Assembly: GCA_020725585.1 (NCBI GenBank)
Contig: DYES01000031.1
Coordinates: 889 to 64,888 of the forward strand
From: Desulfovirgula sp.
Lineage (GTDB): Bacteria > Bacillota > Desulfotomaculia > Desulfotomaculales > Nap2-2B
DNA length: 64,000 bases
Direction: 5' to 3'
This document shows, in pieces, positions 44,459 to 54,399 of the stretch. The translations under genes were made by a program, and so were the position numbers. Each line of letters opens with the position of its first letter. Positions within the stretch are counted from its first letter, which is position 1. The notes beneath the pieces were generated by a model, which did not search any database, was not told the DNA's origin, and saw only the letters and a program-made list of their open reading frames with translations.

Positions 44459-46171
44459 ATGCGGGGAAGACCCAGCCAAAACACCGCCCAGAAAAAGCCC
44501 AACCTGGAAGATTACGACCAGGCTTACGCCAGCTTTCGCTGGGAAGACGTCGAAAAAGAACTGGGCTGGACGAAAGCCGGCAAAGTCAATATCGTTTACT
44601 CCTGCGTCGACCGGCACGTCCTTTCTGGAAAAGGGGAAAAGGTGGCCATTATTTACGACGACTTCTTTCGGCGAGAATTGTACACCTATGATGATTTGCT
44701 TAATCTTTCTAATTGTTTTGGAAATGCACTGAAAAAAATGGGAATCAAGAAACAAGAGCGGGTAGTCCTTTTTCTGCCCCGCAGCCCGGAATTTTACCTC
44801 AGTTTCCTGGCCGTCGTGAAAATCGGCGCGGTGGCCATACCGCTTTACGAAGGCTACATGAGCAGCGCAGTGAACGATATACTGCAGGACAGCGAACCGG
44901 CCGCCGTCATCACCACCCCTTTCCTGCGGCGGCGCATTGACACGCAAAAACTCCCTTCCTTAAAGCAGGTAATCGTTGTTGGAAGCGCTCAAAACAACGC
45001 CGATATAGACTGGCACGACGCCCTTGTCGGAGGAGAGGAAAGCCCGGCGGTAGAGTGGGTAGAGCGCGAGGAGCCCATGCTGCTCATGTATACCTCCGGT
45101 TCAACAGGAAAACCAAAAGGAGCTTTACACGTCCACGAGGGGGCCCTGCAGTACTACCAAACGGGGAAGTGGGTTCTCGACCTGCAGGAAGGAGACATTT
45201 ACTGGTGCACGGCTGACCCCTCCTGGGTCACCGGCATTTCTTACGGCATCTGGGCGCCCCTGCTCAACGGCGCCACCTCCGTTATCTACGGCGGGGAATT
45301 CAAAGCGGAAAAATGGTACACCATTTTAGAAAAATACAGGGTCAGCGTCTGGTACACCACGCCCACTTCCCTGCGCAAACTGATCGCCGCCGGTGATAAC
45401 TTAATGCACAATTACAACCTGTCTTCCCTGCGCCATATCTTGAGCGCGGGTGAACCCTTAAACCCGATGGTGATCCGCTGGGTGCAACAAAAATTTGGGC
45501 TGACCGTGCACGATACCTGGTGGATGACCGAAACAGGAGCGCAAATCATTGCCAATTTTCTGTGCGTACCCGTGAAACCAGGTTCTATGGGCAAACCCAT
45601 TCCCGGAGTTTACGCCACAATTGTAAACGAACAGGGAAGGGAGGTGCCGCCCCTGGAAATGGGCCAGCTGGCCGTGAGAAAAGATTGGCCCGCGATGATG
45701 CGGGGGATATGGAAAGATCCGGAAAAATATCAGGAATATTTCCGCCTGCCGCCCTGGTATTTGAGCGGGGATCTGGCCTACCGCGACGCCGACGGCTACT
45801 TTTGGTTCCAGGGCCGGGCGGACGACGTAATCAAAACGGGCAGCGAACGGGTAGGACCTTTTGAAATAGAGAGCAAGCTTGCCGAGCATCCGGCAGTTCT
45901 GGAAGCGGGCGTAATCGGCAAGCCGGACCTCATGCGCGGGGAAAAAATTAAGGCGTTTGTGGTCCTGCGCCCCGGCTACGCCTGGTCGGCAAGTCTGGAG
46001 CGCGACGTGCAGAACTTCATCGCCAACACCCTGGCCTCGCACCTGGTGCCCGAAGAGATCGAAGTGGTGGAGAGTCTGCCCCGCACAAAGAGCGGCAAGA
46101 TCATGCGCCGCGTGCTCAAGGCGCGCGAAATGGGCATTCCCATTGGCAGCCTGCCTACTCTTGACGAATAA
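44459..46171 (+). CDS. acsA: Acetyl-CoA synthetase, Bacillus AcsA type (AMP-forming)
   Basis: About 570 aa. YTSGSTGKPKG, HVHEGALQYYQTGKWVLDLQEGDIYWCTADPSWVTG, WWMTETG, and the C-terminal LPRTKSGKIMRR. Collinear by eye with my recollection of B. subtilis AcsA. Confidence 0.8.
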   Translation: MRGRPSQNTAQKKPNLEDYDQAYASFRWEDVEKELGWTKAGKVNIVYSCVDRHVLSGKGEKVAIIYDDFFRRELYTYDDLLNLSNCFGNALKKMGIKKQERVVLFLPRSPEFYLSFLAVVKIGAVAIPLYEGYMSSAVNDILQDSEPAAVITTPFLRRRIDTQKLPSLKQVIVVGSAQNNADIDWHDALVGGEESPAVEWVEREEPMLLMYTSGSTGKPKGALHVHEGALQYYQTGKWVLDLQEGDIYWCTADPSWVTGISYGIWAPLLNGATSVIYGGEFKAEKWYTILEKYRVSVWYTTPTSLRKLIAAGDNLMHNYNLSSLRHILSAGEPLNPMVIRWVQQKFGLTVHDTWWMTETGAQIIANFLCVPVKPGSMGKPIPGVYATIVNEQGREVPPLEMGQLAVRKDWPAMMRGIWKDPEKYQEYFRLPPWYLSGDLAYRDADGYFWFQGRADDVIKTGSERVGPFEIESKLAEHPAVLEAGVIGKPDLMRGEKIKAFVVLRPGYAWSASLERDVQNFIANTLASHLVPEEIEVVESLPRTKSGKIMRRVLKAREMGIPIGSLPTLDE

Positions 46172-46235
46172 CCAACTTTTTTGTTCCACTGCGCGCAATT
46201 CTCCTGATCCGTTAATCAGCAAACCGTTTGCCCAA

Positions 46236-46257
46236 GGGGGTTTAAACCCCCTTTTTA
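46236..46257 (+). terminator. Intrinsic terminator after acsA
   Basis: GGGGGTTTAAACCCCC perfect palindrome followed by TTTTTAT. Confidence 0.7.
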
Positions 46258-46505
46258 TATTGTCTGCGCCATTTCAAGACGCTGTTTCGTATTATGATAC
46301 CATTTAAATTTTTATTCGACCATTGGGTGTTTAAATTTAGCAACTAAGCAAAAAGTTCTTAATTTTAAATAATGAGTTAGCTAAAATTATAGAGAAATTT
46401 CTACCCAGCCGACCCAACCAATCAGGAGGTGTTTTTTGGCGACTGCGGTTTTGCCAAAATCGGGTTTTGGATGGTGAAAAACTTTTACGGAAAGGAGAGG
46501 AAAAA

Positions 46506-48551
46506 ATGCCGGGAACCGAAGAAAGAATTTACGACGAATTTGAAACCAATCTTATTCCGCCAAGCTGGCGGGACAGGATCTGGGAGAAGGAGGACTTCCG
46601 AAAATTTTACGAAAGCACCGTCAAAGACAGGCAGGCCATGGAAAACTGGTGGGAAAAGTGGGCTGATGAGCTTTTCTGGTTTAAAAAATGGGATAAGGTT
46701 TTGGACGACAGCAATCCCCCGTTTTACAGGTGGTTTGTCGGCGGAGAAACAAACCTCGCTTACCTGGATACGGACTGGCAAATTGCGCAGGGAAGGAAAA
46801 ATAAGCTGGCTTTGATTTGGGAAGGGGAACCCTGGGACGAAACCAGCGGGCAGCCCAAAGAAGTGAAAAAGTTTACCTACTACGATCTCTACCGTGAATC
46901 AAATGCGTTCGCCTATTGTTTGCGGGAAAAGCTAAAGGTGCAAAAAGGAGATATATTGACTTTTTATCTGCCCATGATCCCGGAACTCCCCTTGTATATG
47001 TTGGCCGTCCAAAGGCTGGGCGCAAAACACAGTATTGTCTACAGCGGTTTCAGCGCCGAAGCCATCGCCCAGAGGGCTCAAGACGCCGGCTCCCGCATCA
47101 TTATTACCGCCGACGGAGTATACAGAAGGGGGAGAATTTTAAGCCTTAAACCCATTGTCGACGAAGCAATCAAAATTTGCGCGCAAAACGGACACGAAAT
47201 TGAAAAGGTGGTGGTGGTAAAAAGAACCGGCCAGGAGACTTCCTGGAATGAAGCGAAAGACATCTGGCACCACGATTTGCTTAAAGACGTCCCCAAAAAT
47301 GTGCGCATAGAAGCCCAAAGGCTGGGGTCGGAGGACTTTTCTTACATCCTGTACACCTCGGGGACGACCGCCGCGCCGAAGGGGGCCCAGCATTCCGTGG
47401 GGGGTTACGCGGTCGGCCTGTACGCCACGACAAAGTGCATCTTTGATCTTCGCGACGACGACATCTACTGGTGCACCGCCGACATCGGGTGGGTAACCGG
47501 ACACTCCTACATCGTTTACGGGCCGCTGATGGTGGGCGCCACCTCTGTAATGTACGAAGGAGCCCCTGACTTCCCGGGACCCGACAGGTGGTGGAGCATC
47601 ATCGAAAGATACGGGGTGACGGTATTTTACACCGCGCCGACCGCCATCCGGATGCTGATGAAGTTCCCGGAGGAAAACGTGAAAAAATACGACCTCTCTA
47701 CCATTAGAATTGCCCATTCCGTGGGCGAACCGATTAATCCGGAAGCATTCCGTTGGTACTACAAGCACGTCGGGCGGGAAGATATCGTTGCTTCCAGCAC
47801 CTGGTGGATGACGGAAACCGGCCACATGCTCACCGGGCATTTTCCCGGCCTGGGGAAGATATTCCCGCTTAAGCCGGGCACAAACGGCTATCCCTTTCCT
47901 GGCATTACTATGAAGGTGCTCGATGACGACGGCAACCCCTGCCCGCCGGGAGTGCGAGGCTACTGGGCGATCACCTCCCCCTACCCGGGGATGCTGATGA
48001 CTTTATATAAAAACCCCCAGCGATACATCGATACTTACTGGTCCAGGTTCAAAGACAAAATGTATTTCTATACCGGGGACTTCGCCGTCAAAGACCCGGA
48101 CGGCTACATCTGGGTTTTGGGCAGGGCCGACGACGTTCTGAAAGTTGCCGGCCACCGCATCGGCACGGCAGAGGTGGAGTCGGCCATGATCAAGCACCCG
48201 GCTGTCGCCGAAGCGGCCTGCATCGGCAGGACAGATCCCGTCAAAGGAGAGATCCCCTTCGTTTTTACCGTTCTCAAGCAGGGGTACTCTCCCAGTGCAG
48301 AGCTCGGCAAAGAATTAAAAGGACATTTAAGAAGCACGATTGGCCCTCTCGTCGCCTCCGACGCCGTGATTGCCTTCGTCGACCTAGTTCCGAAAACAAG
48401 AAGCGGCAAAATCATGAGAAGGCTGCTCAGGGCAGTAATTCACGGGGCGGCTTTGGGAGACGTGACAACCTTGGAAGACGGAGTGGCCATCGAAGAGGCA
48501 ACCAAGGCGTACGACGTGGTCAAAGTTGCTCTGGAGAAGACGGAGGGTTAA
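46506..48551 (+). CDS. AMP-forming acyl-CoA synthetase of the long acetate/propionate--CoA ligase family
   Basis: About 681 aa from the ATG after AAGGAGAGG. WFVGGETNLAY, YTSGTTAAPKG, WWMTETG, VPKTRSGKIMRR. The substrate cannot be read from sequence. Confidence 0.75.
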   Translation: MPGTEERIYDEFETNLIPPSWRDRIWEKEDFRKFYESTVKDRQAMENWWEKWADELFWFKKWDKVLDDSNPPFYRWFVGGETNLAYLDTDWQIAQGRKNKLALIWEGEPWDETSGQPKEVKKFTYYDLYRESNAFAYCLREKLKVQKGDILTFYLPMIPELPLYMLAVQRLGAKHSIVYSGFSAEAIAQRAQDAGSRIIITADGVYRRGRILSLKPIVDEAIKICAQNGHEIEKVVVVKRTGQETSWNEAKDIWHHDLLKDVPKNVRIEAQRLGSEDFSYILYTSGTTAAPKGAQHSVGGYAVGLYATTKCIFDLRDDDIYWCTADIGWVTGHSYIVYGPLMVGATSVMYEGAPDFPGPDRWWSIIERYGVTVFYTAPTAIRMLMKFPEENVKKYDLSTIRIAHSVGEPINPEAFRWYYKHVGREDIVASSTWWMTETGHMLTGHFPGLGKIFPLKPGTNGYPFPGITMKVLDDDGNPCPPGVRGYWAITSPYPGMLMTLYKNPQRYIDTYWSRFKDKMYFYTGDFAVKDPDGYIWVLGRADDVLKVAGHRIGTAEVESAMIKHPAVAEAACIGRTDPVKGEIPFVFTVLKQGYSPSAELGKELKGHLRSTIGPLVASDAVIAFVDLVPKTRSGKIMRRLLRAVIHGAALGDVTTLEDGVAIEEATKAYDVVKVALEKTEG

Positions 48552-48697
48552 ACTCTTTCCCCTGCGGGCCGGAAAAAGGAGGTGATCGCTAAAAAAACTT
48601 GTTTTTAAAGGCTTAAAATTTAAGGAGGGAGGAAAGCTATTAATTCAAAAAATCAAAAGAATAGCCAATAATTTAAAAATAATGAACAAGGAGGGTT

Positions 48698-50509
48698 ATG
48701 ATGATGAGTGGCGTAACGTGGGTTTGGATTTTGCTCATCGCCTACATTCTTTACTGTCTGTACTTTGGGCTGGAAGGCGCCATAAAATCAAAAACAACCG
48801 GTGATTATGCCGTCGCCGGCAGACAAATCCCCATGATTGCCTTTCTTCTGGCGGCTACGGCGGCTTCTTTCAGCGGCTGGACATACATCGGCCACCCCGG
48901 CCTGATCTGGAAAGCCGGTCTCGCCTACGCCTTTTGCTCTTTTTACGTTTTAACCATTCCGATCACCGGCACCTTTTTTGCAAAAAGGAACTGGCTTTTA
49001 GGAAAGCGCTACGGCTTCATCACTCCAGGAGACATGTATGCTTATTATTTTGGCAACGAAGGAATGCGCTGGGTAGTAGTAATCGCGGCTTTTCTGTATT
49101 CTACATTTTACTCGGCCGTCCAGTTTGTCTCCTGCGGCGCAATCTTTCAGTGGACTACGGGGATCTCCTTTGAACTCGGCGCGATTATCATGGCCGCCAT
49201 CGTGCTCTTCTACGTAGCGGCAGGTGGTATGCGGGCCACCACCTGGGTAGGCGCCATGCAATGCATCTTTCTGGTTGGCGGAATAATTGCCATCGGCGCC
49301 TTCACCCTCTACCACCTGGGGGGCTGGTCGGCCTTCAGCGCCAAGCTTGCCACTCTTGACGCCAAAAAGTACCTGGAAATCCCGTCCCTTATTGAACCTA
49401 CCGTAGGGAAAACTACCTGGACCGCGATATTTATCCTCACCTACCTGTTTTCCTTGATGGGCATCCAGTCCTCGCCGGCATTTACCATGTGGCAGTTCGC
49501 CAACAAAAACCCCCGCCCCTTCGCCTGGCAGCAGGCTTTTGCTTCCACCTGGCTGGTAGGCTTTGCACTCTTCTTCTTCACCGCCTTCCAGGGCCTGGGC
49601 GCGATCTTCTTTACGGACCAACTGGGCATTACTTCCGACCGGGACGTCGTCCCGAAGCTCATGTCCGCTTTTATCCCCGGCATTTGGCTGGGAATCGTCT
49701 TCATCGGGGCGATTGCCGCCATGCATTCCACCGCCGCACCTTACGTCGGCACCGGCTCCACCATCCTGTGCCGGGACGTCTACTTCCGCTACATCCGTCC
49801 TCAGGCCGGCCACAGCGAGCAAATCTGGACATCCCGGGTCTTCGCCGTGATCATCACGGTAGCCGCCCTTTGGGTGAGCTTCACCTCTCCCGCCGCCATC
49901 GTGATGTTGGGGGCGTTGGCCACAGCCTTCGGCTTTATCATGTACCTGCCCCTTTTAGGCGTCGTCTGGGGGATCAGGGTTCCCGGCATAGGAGCCGTGA
50001 TTGGTTCGCTCGTAGGCATAATCGTCGTCTATTTAACCTACGCCGTCTGGCAGTATCCGCTCACGATCCACAGCGCCGCCTGGGGCCTGGGTGCAGCACT
50101 GTTCGTAGCCTACCTCTTGCGCGGGTTGGGAGTTAAGGATTCGCCAGAAACCCAGGAACGGCAAAGAGAGTTGCGTGCCTGGCTGGCCAGCATCGATTCC
50201 CCGACCCCCTCCCAAAAGAAGTGGCGCAACGTCCTTAAAATCATCGTGCCCATCTGGTATTTGGCCGCAATCGGCCCATTCGCCATGATTGGAAACAACG
50301 CTTTTTCGTTTGCCGGCTTTCCACCCCTGTGGGCCTGGCAGATCGTGTGGTGGCTGTTGGGCATGGTGATGATGTGGGCGCTCTGCTTCAAGGCAGGGAT
50401 GGCAACCATAACAGAGGAACAAATTATGCGGGCGGAAGTAGAGCAAAAACTTGTCGTGGAAGAAGTGCACGCTCCTTCCTCAGCAAAGCCATCTGTCGGT
50501 AAAAGTTAA
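48698..50509 (+). CDS. Sodium:solute symporter family (SSF) transporter, probably for a monocarboxylate
   Basis: 603 aa, about 13-14 TM segments. The N-terminal ...DYAVAGRQIP... is typical of SSF. It follows two acyl-CoA synthetase genes. Confidence 0.7.
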   Translation: MMMSGVTWVWILLIAYILYCLYFGLEGAIKSKTTGDYAVAGRQIPMIAFLLAATAASFSGWTYIGHPGLIWKAGLAYAFCSFYVLTIPITGTFFAKRNWLLGKRYGFITPGDMYAYYFGNEGMRWVVVIAAFLYSTFYSAVQFVSCGAIFQWTTGISFELGAIIMAAIVLFYVAAGGMRATTWVGAMQCIFLVGGIIAIGAFTLYHLGGWSAFSAKLATLDAKKYLEIPSLIEPTVGKTTWTAIFILTYLFSLMGIQSSPAFTMWQFANKNPRPFAWQQAFASTWLVGFALFFFTAFQGLGAIFFTDQLGITSDRDVVPKLMSAFIPGIWLGIVFIGAIAAMHSTAAPYVGTGSTILCRDVYFRYIRPQAGHSEQIWTSRVFAVIITVAALWVSFTSPAAIVMLGALATAFGFIMYLPLLGVVWGIRVPGIGAVIGSLVGIIVVYLTYAVWQYPLTIHSAAWGLGAALFVAYLLRGLGVKDSPETQERQRELRAWLASIDSPTPSQKKWRNVLKIIVPIWYLAAIGPFAMIGNNAFSFAGFPPLWAWQIVWWLLGMVMMWALCFKAGMATITEEQIMRAEVEQKLVVEEVHAPSSAKPSVGKS

Positions 50510-50547
50510 ACTTCGAACACAACCCAGTCCAAGGGGGGTTTATAACC

Positions 50548-50634
50548 ATGGCCAAAGAAGATATCACTTTGATTTCTCTTCTCGGTTTTACAATCTTATT
50601 CATTATTTTGATGGGCGTTGGTGTGTTAGGTTGA
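50548..50634 (+). CDS. Candidate 28 aa hydrophobic micropeptide downstream of the SSF transporter (not in the ORF track)
   Basis: My translation is MAKEDITLISLLGFTILFIILMGVGVLG, a single TM helix. AAGGGGGG lies 9 nt upstream of the ATG, 38 nt after the transporter stop. Confidence 0.3.
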   Translation: MAKEDITLISLLGFTILFIILMGVGVLG

Positions 50635-50672
50635 AAAAAAGGTGCATATGTTAACCCACCTACACATGCACC
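50634..50672 (-). terminator. Hairpin plus T-run oriented for the minus strand (distal end of the gatCAB unit)
   Basis: Minus strand GGTGCATGTGtaggtgggttaACATATGCACC followed by TTTTTTT. Confidence 0.4.
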
Positions 50673-50742
50673 GAATAAAAAGTATTAAAATGGAGCCTTT
50701 TATCTGTAAACTATAATCTTCAACAGTAACTTAATCGCTAAG

Positions 50743-50781
50743 GGTAGAGAGAGTTTTCGAAACTGTCTCTACCTAATTTTT
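50743..50781 (+). terminator. Intrinsic terminator for the plus-strand acs/SSF unit
   Basis: GGTAGAGAGAGTTTtcgAAACTGTCTCTACC followed by TAATTTTT. Confidence 0.5.
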
Positions 50782-50987
50782 GATAAGTCTTGAGATTTAT
50801 TTTACAAAGCCTCCCCCTAATCTCTTTCCACACCCTGGTTAAAAATCCTGCCGTATCGCTTGAAGATTAACCTTACCTATCTAATTTTCCTTAATAAGCT
50901 TTGAGCTTTAAATAACAAAGTCTCTTTTTACCCCTTTCGACATTGCTGTTAAAAATCCTGCCTGATCTTTAAAACTTATAATCTCTC
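50771..50987. repeat. Two tandem direct repeats of roughly 105-110 bp, downstream of gatB
   Basis: The units 50771-50875 and 50876-50987 align by eye (TAATTTT..ATAAG.TTTGAG.TTTA..ACAAAG.CTC.....GTTAAAAATCCTGCC..ATC). The second unit overlaps the gatB stop. Confidence 0.65.
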
Positions 50988-52409
50988 TTTGAAAAGCCTG
51001 TTTACTATTTCCGGATTGGCCTTGCCCCGGGTGGCTTTCATCACCTGGCCAACCAGAAAGCCCAGCGCTTTCTCTTTGCCGGCCCGGTAGTCTTCCACCA
51101 CCTTGGGATTTTTGGCCATCACTTCTTCCACGACGGTGGCGATCGCCCCCTCGTCGGTAATCTGGACGAGCCCCTTTTCCCTCACTATTTTCTCCGGGTG
51201 GTTGCCGGTGACAAACATTTCCTCAAAAACCGTTTTGGCGATCTTTCCGCTGATGGTCCCCTGGTCGATCAGCCTCAACATATCGGCCAGCTGTTCCGGG
51301 GTAATCCGGCATTGCGTTATTTCCATATTATGCGCGTTTAAAAGGCGGGCGAGCTCGCCCATGACCCAGTTGCTCACCGTCTTGGCGTCGGGGTAGCGGG
51401 CCACGCAGGCCTCAAAGTAATCAGCCAGCTCAACGGTGGCCGTTAACACGGAAGCGTCGTAGGCCGGCAGCCCGAAATCCCGGATGTAGCGCTGGCGGCG
51501 CTGATCGGGCAGCTCGGGCAAAGCGGCCCTGATCTCTTCCACCCACTGCCGGTCAATCACCAGGGGCACCAGGTCAGGCTCGGGAAAGTAGCGGTAATCG
51601 TGCGCTTCCTCTTTGCTGCGCATAGGGAGGGTGACTCCCCTGCCCTCGTCCCAGGTGCGGGTTTCCTGGACAATCCGCCCGCCTTCCTCCAGAACGTCAA
51701 TCTGGCGCTGTACCTCGTAGCTGAGCGCCCTGTATAAAGCTCGAAAAGAGTTCATATTCTTGATTTCCGTTTTCGTTCCAAATTCTTTGGCCCCCTTCGG
51801 GCGCACCGAAACGTTGGCGTCGCAGCGCAGGGAACCCTCTTCCATCTTGCAGTCGGAAACGCCTGTATACTGAATGATGGAGCGCAATTTTTCCATGTAA
51901 ACCCGCGCTTCTTCCGGTGAACGCAGATCGGGTTCGGAAACGATCTCAATCAGCGGCACCCCAGCCCGGTTATAATCCACCAGCGAATAGGGGGTGGTGG
52001 TGATCGTCCCCTGGTGGACGAGCTTCCCCGTATCTTCTTCCATGTGCACACGGGTAATTCCGATGCGCCTGGTACGGCCTTCTATTTCGATGTCCAGGTA
52101 ACCGTTTCTGGCCAGCGGGAGATCGTATTGAGAGATTTGATAATTTTTAGGCATATCGGGGTAATAATAATTTTTTCGGTCGAACTTGGAGTATTCCGCA
52201 ATTTCGCAGTTCAGCGCCAAAGCGGCCCGGATGGCGTACTCCAGCACCTTTTTATTCAGCACCGGCAGCACGCCGGGCAGCCCCAGGCAGACCGGGCAGG
52301 TGTGCGTGTTCGGCTCGCCGCCGAACTCGGTGGTTGAAGAGCAAAATATCTTGGTTTTGGTTTTCAGCTCCACGTGCACCTCTAAGCCGATCACGGCTTC
52401 GTACTCCAT
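50976..52409 (-). CDS. gatB: Aspartyl/glutamyl-tRNA amidotransferase subunit B
   Basis: 477 aa. [36 protein letters not shown]; canonical GatB. Confidence 0.95.
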   Translation of the reverse strand: MEYEAVIGLEVHVELKTKTKIFCSSTTEFGGEPNTHTCPVCLGLPGVLPVLNKKVLEYAIRAALALNCEIAEYSKFDRKNYYYPDMPKNYQISQYDLPLARNGYLDIEIEGRTRRIGITRVHMEEDTGKLVHQGTITTTPYSLVDYNRAGVPLIEIVSEPDLRSPEEARVYMEKLRSIIQYTGVSDCKMEEGSLRCDANVSVRPKGAKEFGTKTEIKNMNSFRALYRALSYEVQRQIDVLEEGGRIVQETRTWDEGRGVTLPMRSKEEAHDYRYFPEPDLVPLVIDRQWVEEIRAALPELPDQRRQRYIRDFGLPAYDASVLTATVELADYFEACVARYPDAKTVSNWVMGELARLLNAHNMEITQCRITPEQLADMLRLIDQGTISGKIAKTVFEEMFVTGNHPEKIVREKGLVQITDEGAIATVVEEVMAKNPKVVEDYRAGKEKALGFLVGQVMKATRGKANPEIVNRLFKERL

Positions 52410-52598
52410 ATAAATCTCCTTTCCTGGCTTAAACTAACCGTGAAGTGAGAAGCAAGGCAGTTGCCCTGCTCACTCTTTTAACTTTTGCCAACAGCGCACC
52501 GCGGCTCGCTATACGGCCTGGCACTACTCATGTTTCGCATCGTTGGTGTTGCTTAATGTTTATCTACATTTTCCGGACAAGTTAGCAGTCAATTGAAG

Positions 52599-54056
52599 TT
52601 AGATGCCCGGCCTCGCTTTGTGGTAATCCGTGTTCTGCTCAAAGGTATAGGCCACGCGCAGGAGCGTCCCTTCGTCAAAGGGTTTGCCGATCAACTGCAT
52701 GCCCACCGGCAGGCCGTCCACGAACCCGGCCGGAACGGAGATGCCCGGCAGGCCGGCCAGGTTGACGGCAAGGGTGCAGATATCCGACATGTACATTTGC
52801 AGCGGGTCGGCCATCTTCTCCCCCTTTTTAAAGGCCGGCGAGGGGGTGGTGGGCGAAAGCAAAACGTCGTAGCGGGCAAAGGCCCGGTCGAAGTCCTGCT
52901 TAATCAACGTGCGTACCTTCAGGGCCTTTAAATAGTAGGCGTCGTAGTACCCGGCGGATAAAGCGTAGGTGCCCAGCATGATCCGGCGCTTTACCTCCGG
53001 CCCGAAGCCGAGGCTGCGTGTTCTCATAAACATCTCTACCACGTCGGCGGCCCCTTCGGCCCGGTAGCCGTAACGCACCCCGTCGTAGCGGGCCAGGTTG
53101 GAGCTGGCTTCCGCCGGGGCAATCAGGTAATAGGCAGGCAGGGCGTATTCGCTGTGGGGCAGGCTGGTTTCTTCGATTTCCGCCCCCAGAGTGGCCAGGG
53201 TGGCAAGCGCCCGCTCAATAACCTGCTTGACCGCGGGAGAAATTCCCTCCCCCATGTACTCTTTCGGCACGCCTATTTTTAAGCCCCGCACATCGTTTTT
53301 CAGATAGCCGGTATAATCCGGAGCCTGTCCGGGCGCGGAGGTGGAGTCGAGAGGGTCGTGGCCGGCAATCACGTTCATCACCAGGGCGCAATCGGTCACG
53401 TCCCGCGTTAAGGGGCCAATCTGGTCCAAGGAGGAAGCGAAGGCCACCAGCCCGAAACGGGAGACTGCGCCGTAGGTCGGTTTTAAGCCCACCACGCCGC
53501 ACAGGGCGGCCGGCTGGCGGATGGACCCTCCGGTATCGGAACCCAGCGCCGCCGCTGCCTCCCCGGCGGCCACCGCCACGGCGGAGCCGCCGCTGGACCC
53601 GCCCGGGACACGCTCCGGGTCCCAGGGGTTATTGGTGGGGAAAAATCCCGAATTCTCCGTGGAAGAACCCATGGCAAATTCATCCATATTGGTTTTGCCC
53701 AAAATGACCGCCCCCGCCGCGTTTAATTTTTTAATTACGGTGGCGCTGTAAGGCGGTACAAAATTGTAAAGGATTTTGGAGGAACAGGTTGTCCGCACCC
53801 CTTCCGTGCAAAGGTTGTCCTTCACGGCAACGGGAATGCCGCCCAGCGGCGAGATCTGTTCCCCCCCGGCAATCCGCCGGTCAATCTCGCGCGCCTGCTC
53901 GAGGGCGTTTTCCCTGGTCAGCGTAACATAGGCCTTGAGTTTCTCCTCTACGGAATCGATGCGCTCAAAAAATGCCCGGCACAACTCTTCGGCACTGATT
54001 TGTCTTTTGGCAAGCATGGTGTGCAATTCATGGACAGGCAGATAATATAGCTGCAA
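52599..54056 (-). CDS. gatA: Glutamyl-tRNA(Gln) amidotransferase subunit A
   Basis: 485 aa with the amidase signature [14 protein letters not shown] and Ser-cisSer-Lys context. Confidence 0.95.
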   Translation of the reverse strand: MQLYYLPVHELHTMLAKRQISAEELCRAFFERIDSVEEKLKAYVTLTRENALEQAREIDRRIAGGEQISPLGGIPVAVKDNLCTEGVRTTCSSKILYNFVPPYSATVIKKLNAAGAVILGKTNMDEFAMGSSTENSGFFPTNNPWDPERVPGGSSGGSAVAVAAGEAAAALGSDTGGSIRQPAALCGVVGLKPTYGAVSRFGLVAFASSLDQIGPLTRDVTDCALVMNVIAGHDPLDSTSAPGQAPDYTGYLKNDVRGLKIGVPKEYMGEGISPAVKQVIERALATLATLGAEIEETSLPHSEYALPAYYLIAPAEASSNLARYDGVRYGYRAEGAADVVEMFMRTRSLGFGPEVKRRIMLGTYALSAGYYDAYYLKALKVRTLIKQDFDRAFARYDVLLSPTTPSPAFKKGEKMADPLQMYMSDICTLAVNLAGLPGISVPAGFVDGLPVGMQLIGKPFDEGTLLRVAYTFEQNTDYHKARPGI

Positions 54057-54068
54057 AACATTCCCTCC

Positions 54069-54350
54069 TTACACGATCCGGGGCACTTTAAAAAACTGGC
54101 CCTCTTTATCGGGAGCGTTGGCGAGCACCTTTTCCGGAGGCAGGTGTTCCCCCGCCTCATCATCGCGGAAGACATTTTTGAGCGGCAGCACGTGGGCCGT
54201 CGGGGGCACGTCTTGCGTGTTCAGCTGATTGAGCTTTTGCGCGTACGCGAGGATGTCGCCCAGCTGCTGTGCGTACATTTTTTTCTCCTCCGCGCTTAAT
54301 TCCAGCCGGGCCAGCAAGGCGACGTGTTCCACTTCTTGTATGGTCAACAT
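54069..54350 (-). CDS. gatC: Aspartyl/glutamyl-tRNA amidotransferase subunit C
   Basis: 93 aa. EVEHVALLARLELSAEEKKMYAQQLGDILAYAQKLNQLNT. Confidence 0.9.
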   Translation of the reverse strand: MLTIQEVEHVALLARLELSAEEKKMYAQQLGDILAYAQKLNQLNTQDVPPTAHVLPLKNVFRDDEAGEHLPPEKVLANAPDKEGQFFKVPRIV

Positions 54351-54399
54351 TTTATAAAGCCTCCTTCCAACGGGTTTTCCCGGAAACGGGTTCCATTAG

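Noticed and set aside
45458-46222. 254 aa minus-strand ORF antisense to acsA
   Set aside because: It is embedded in the strongly supported AcsA frame and has no motifs. Antisense artefact.
48998-49822. 274 aa minus-strand ORF (and the 215 aa plus-strand off-frame ORF 49489-50136) within the SSF transporter gene
   Set aside because: The transporter frame gives continuous TM helices. The alternatives are Gly/Arg/Pro-rich and lack features.
50771-50987. Possible CRISPR array
   Set aside because: There are only two long (roughly 105-110 bp), imperfect, directly abutting units with no spacers, no short palindromic repeat and no cas genes. Classified as a tandem duplication.
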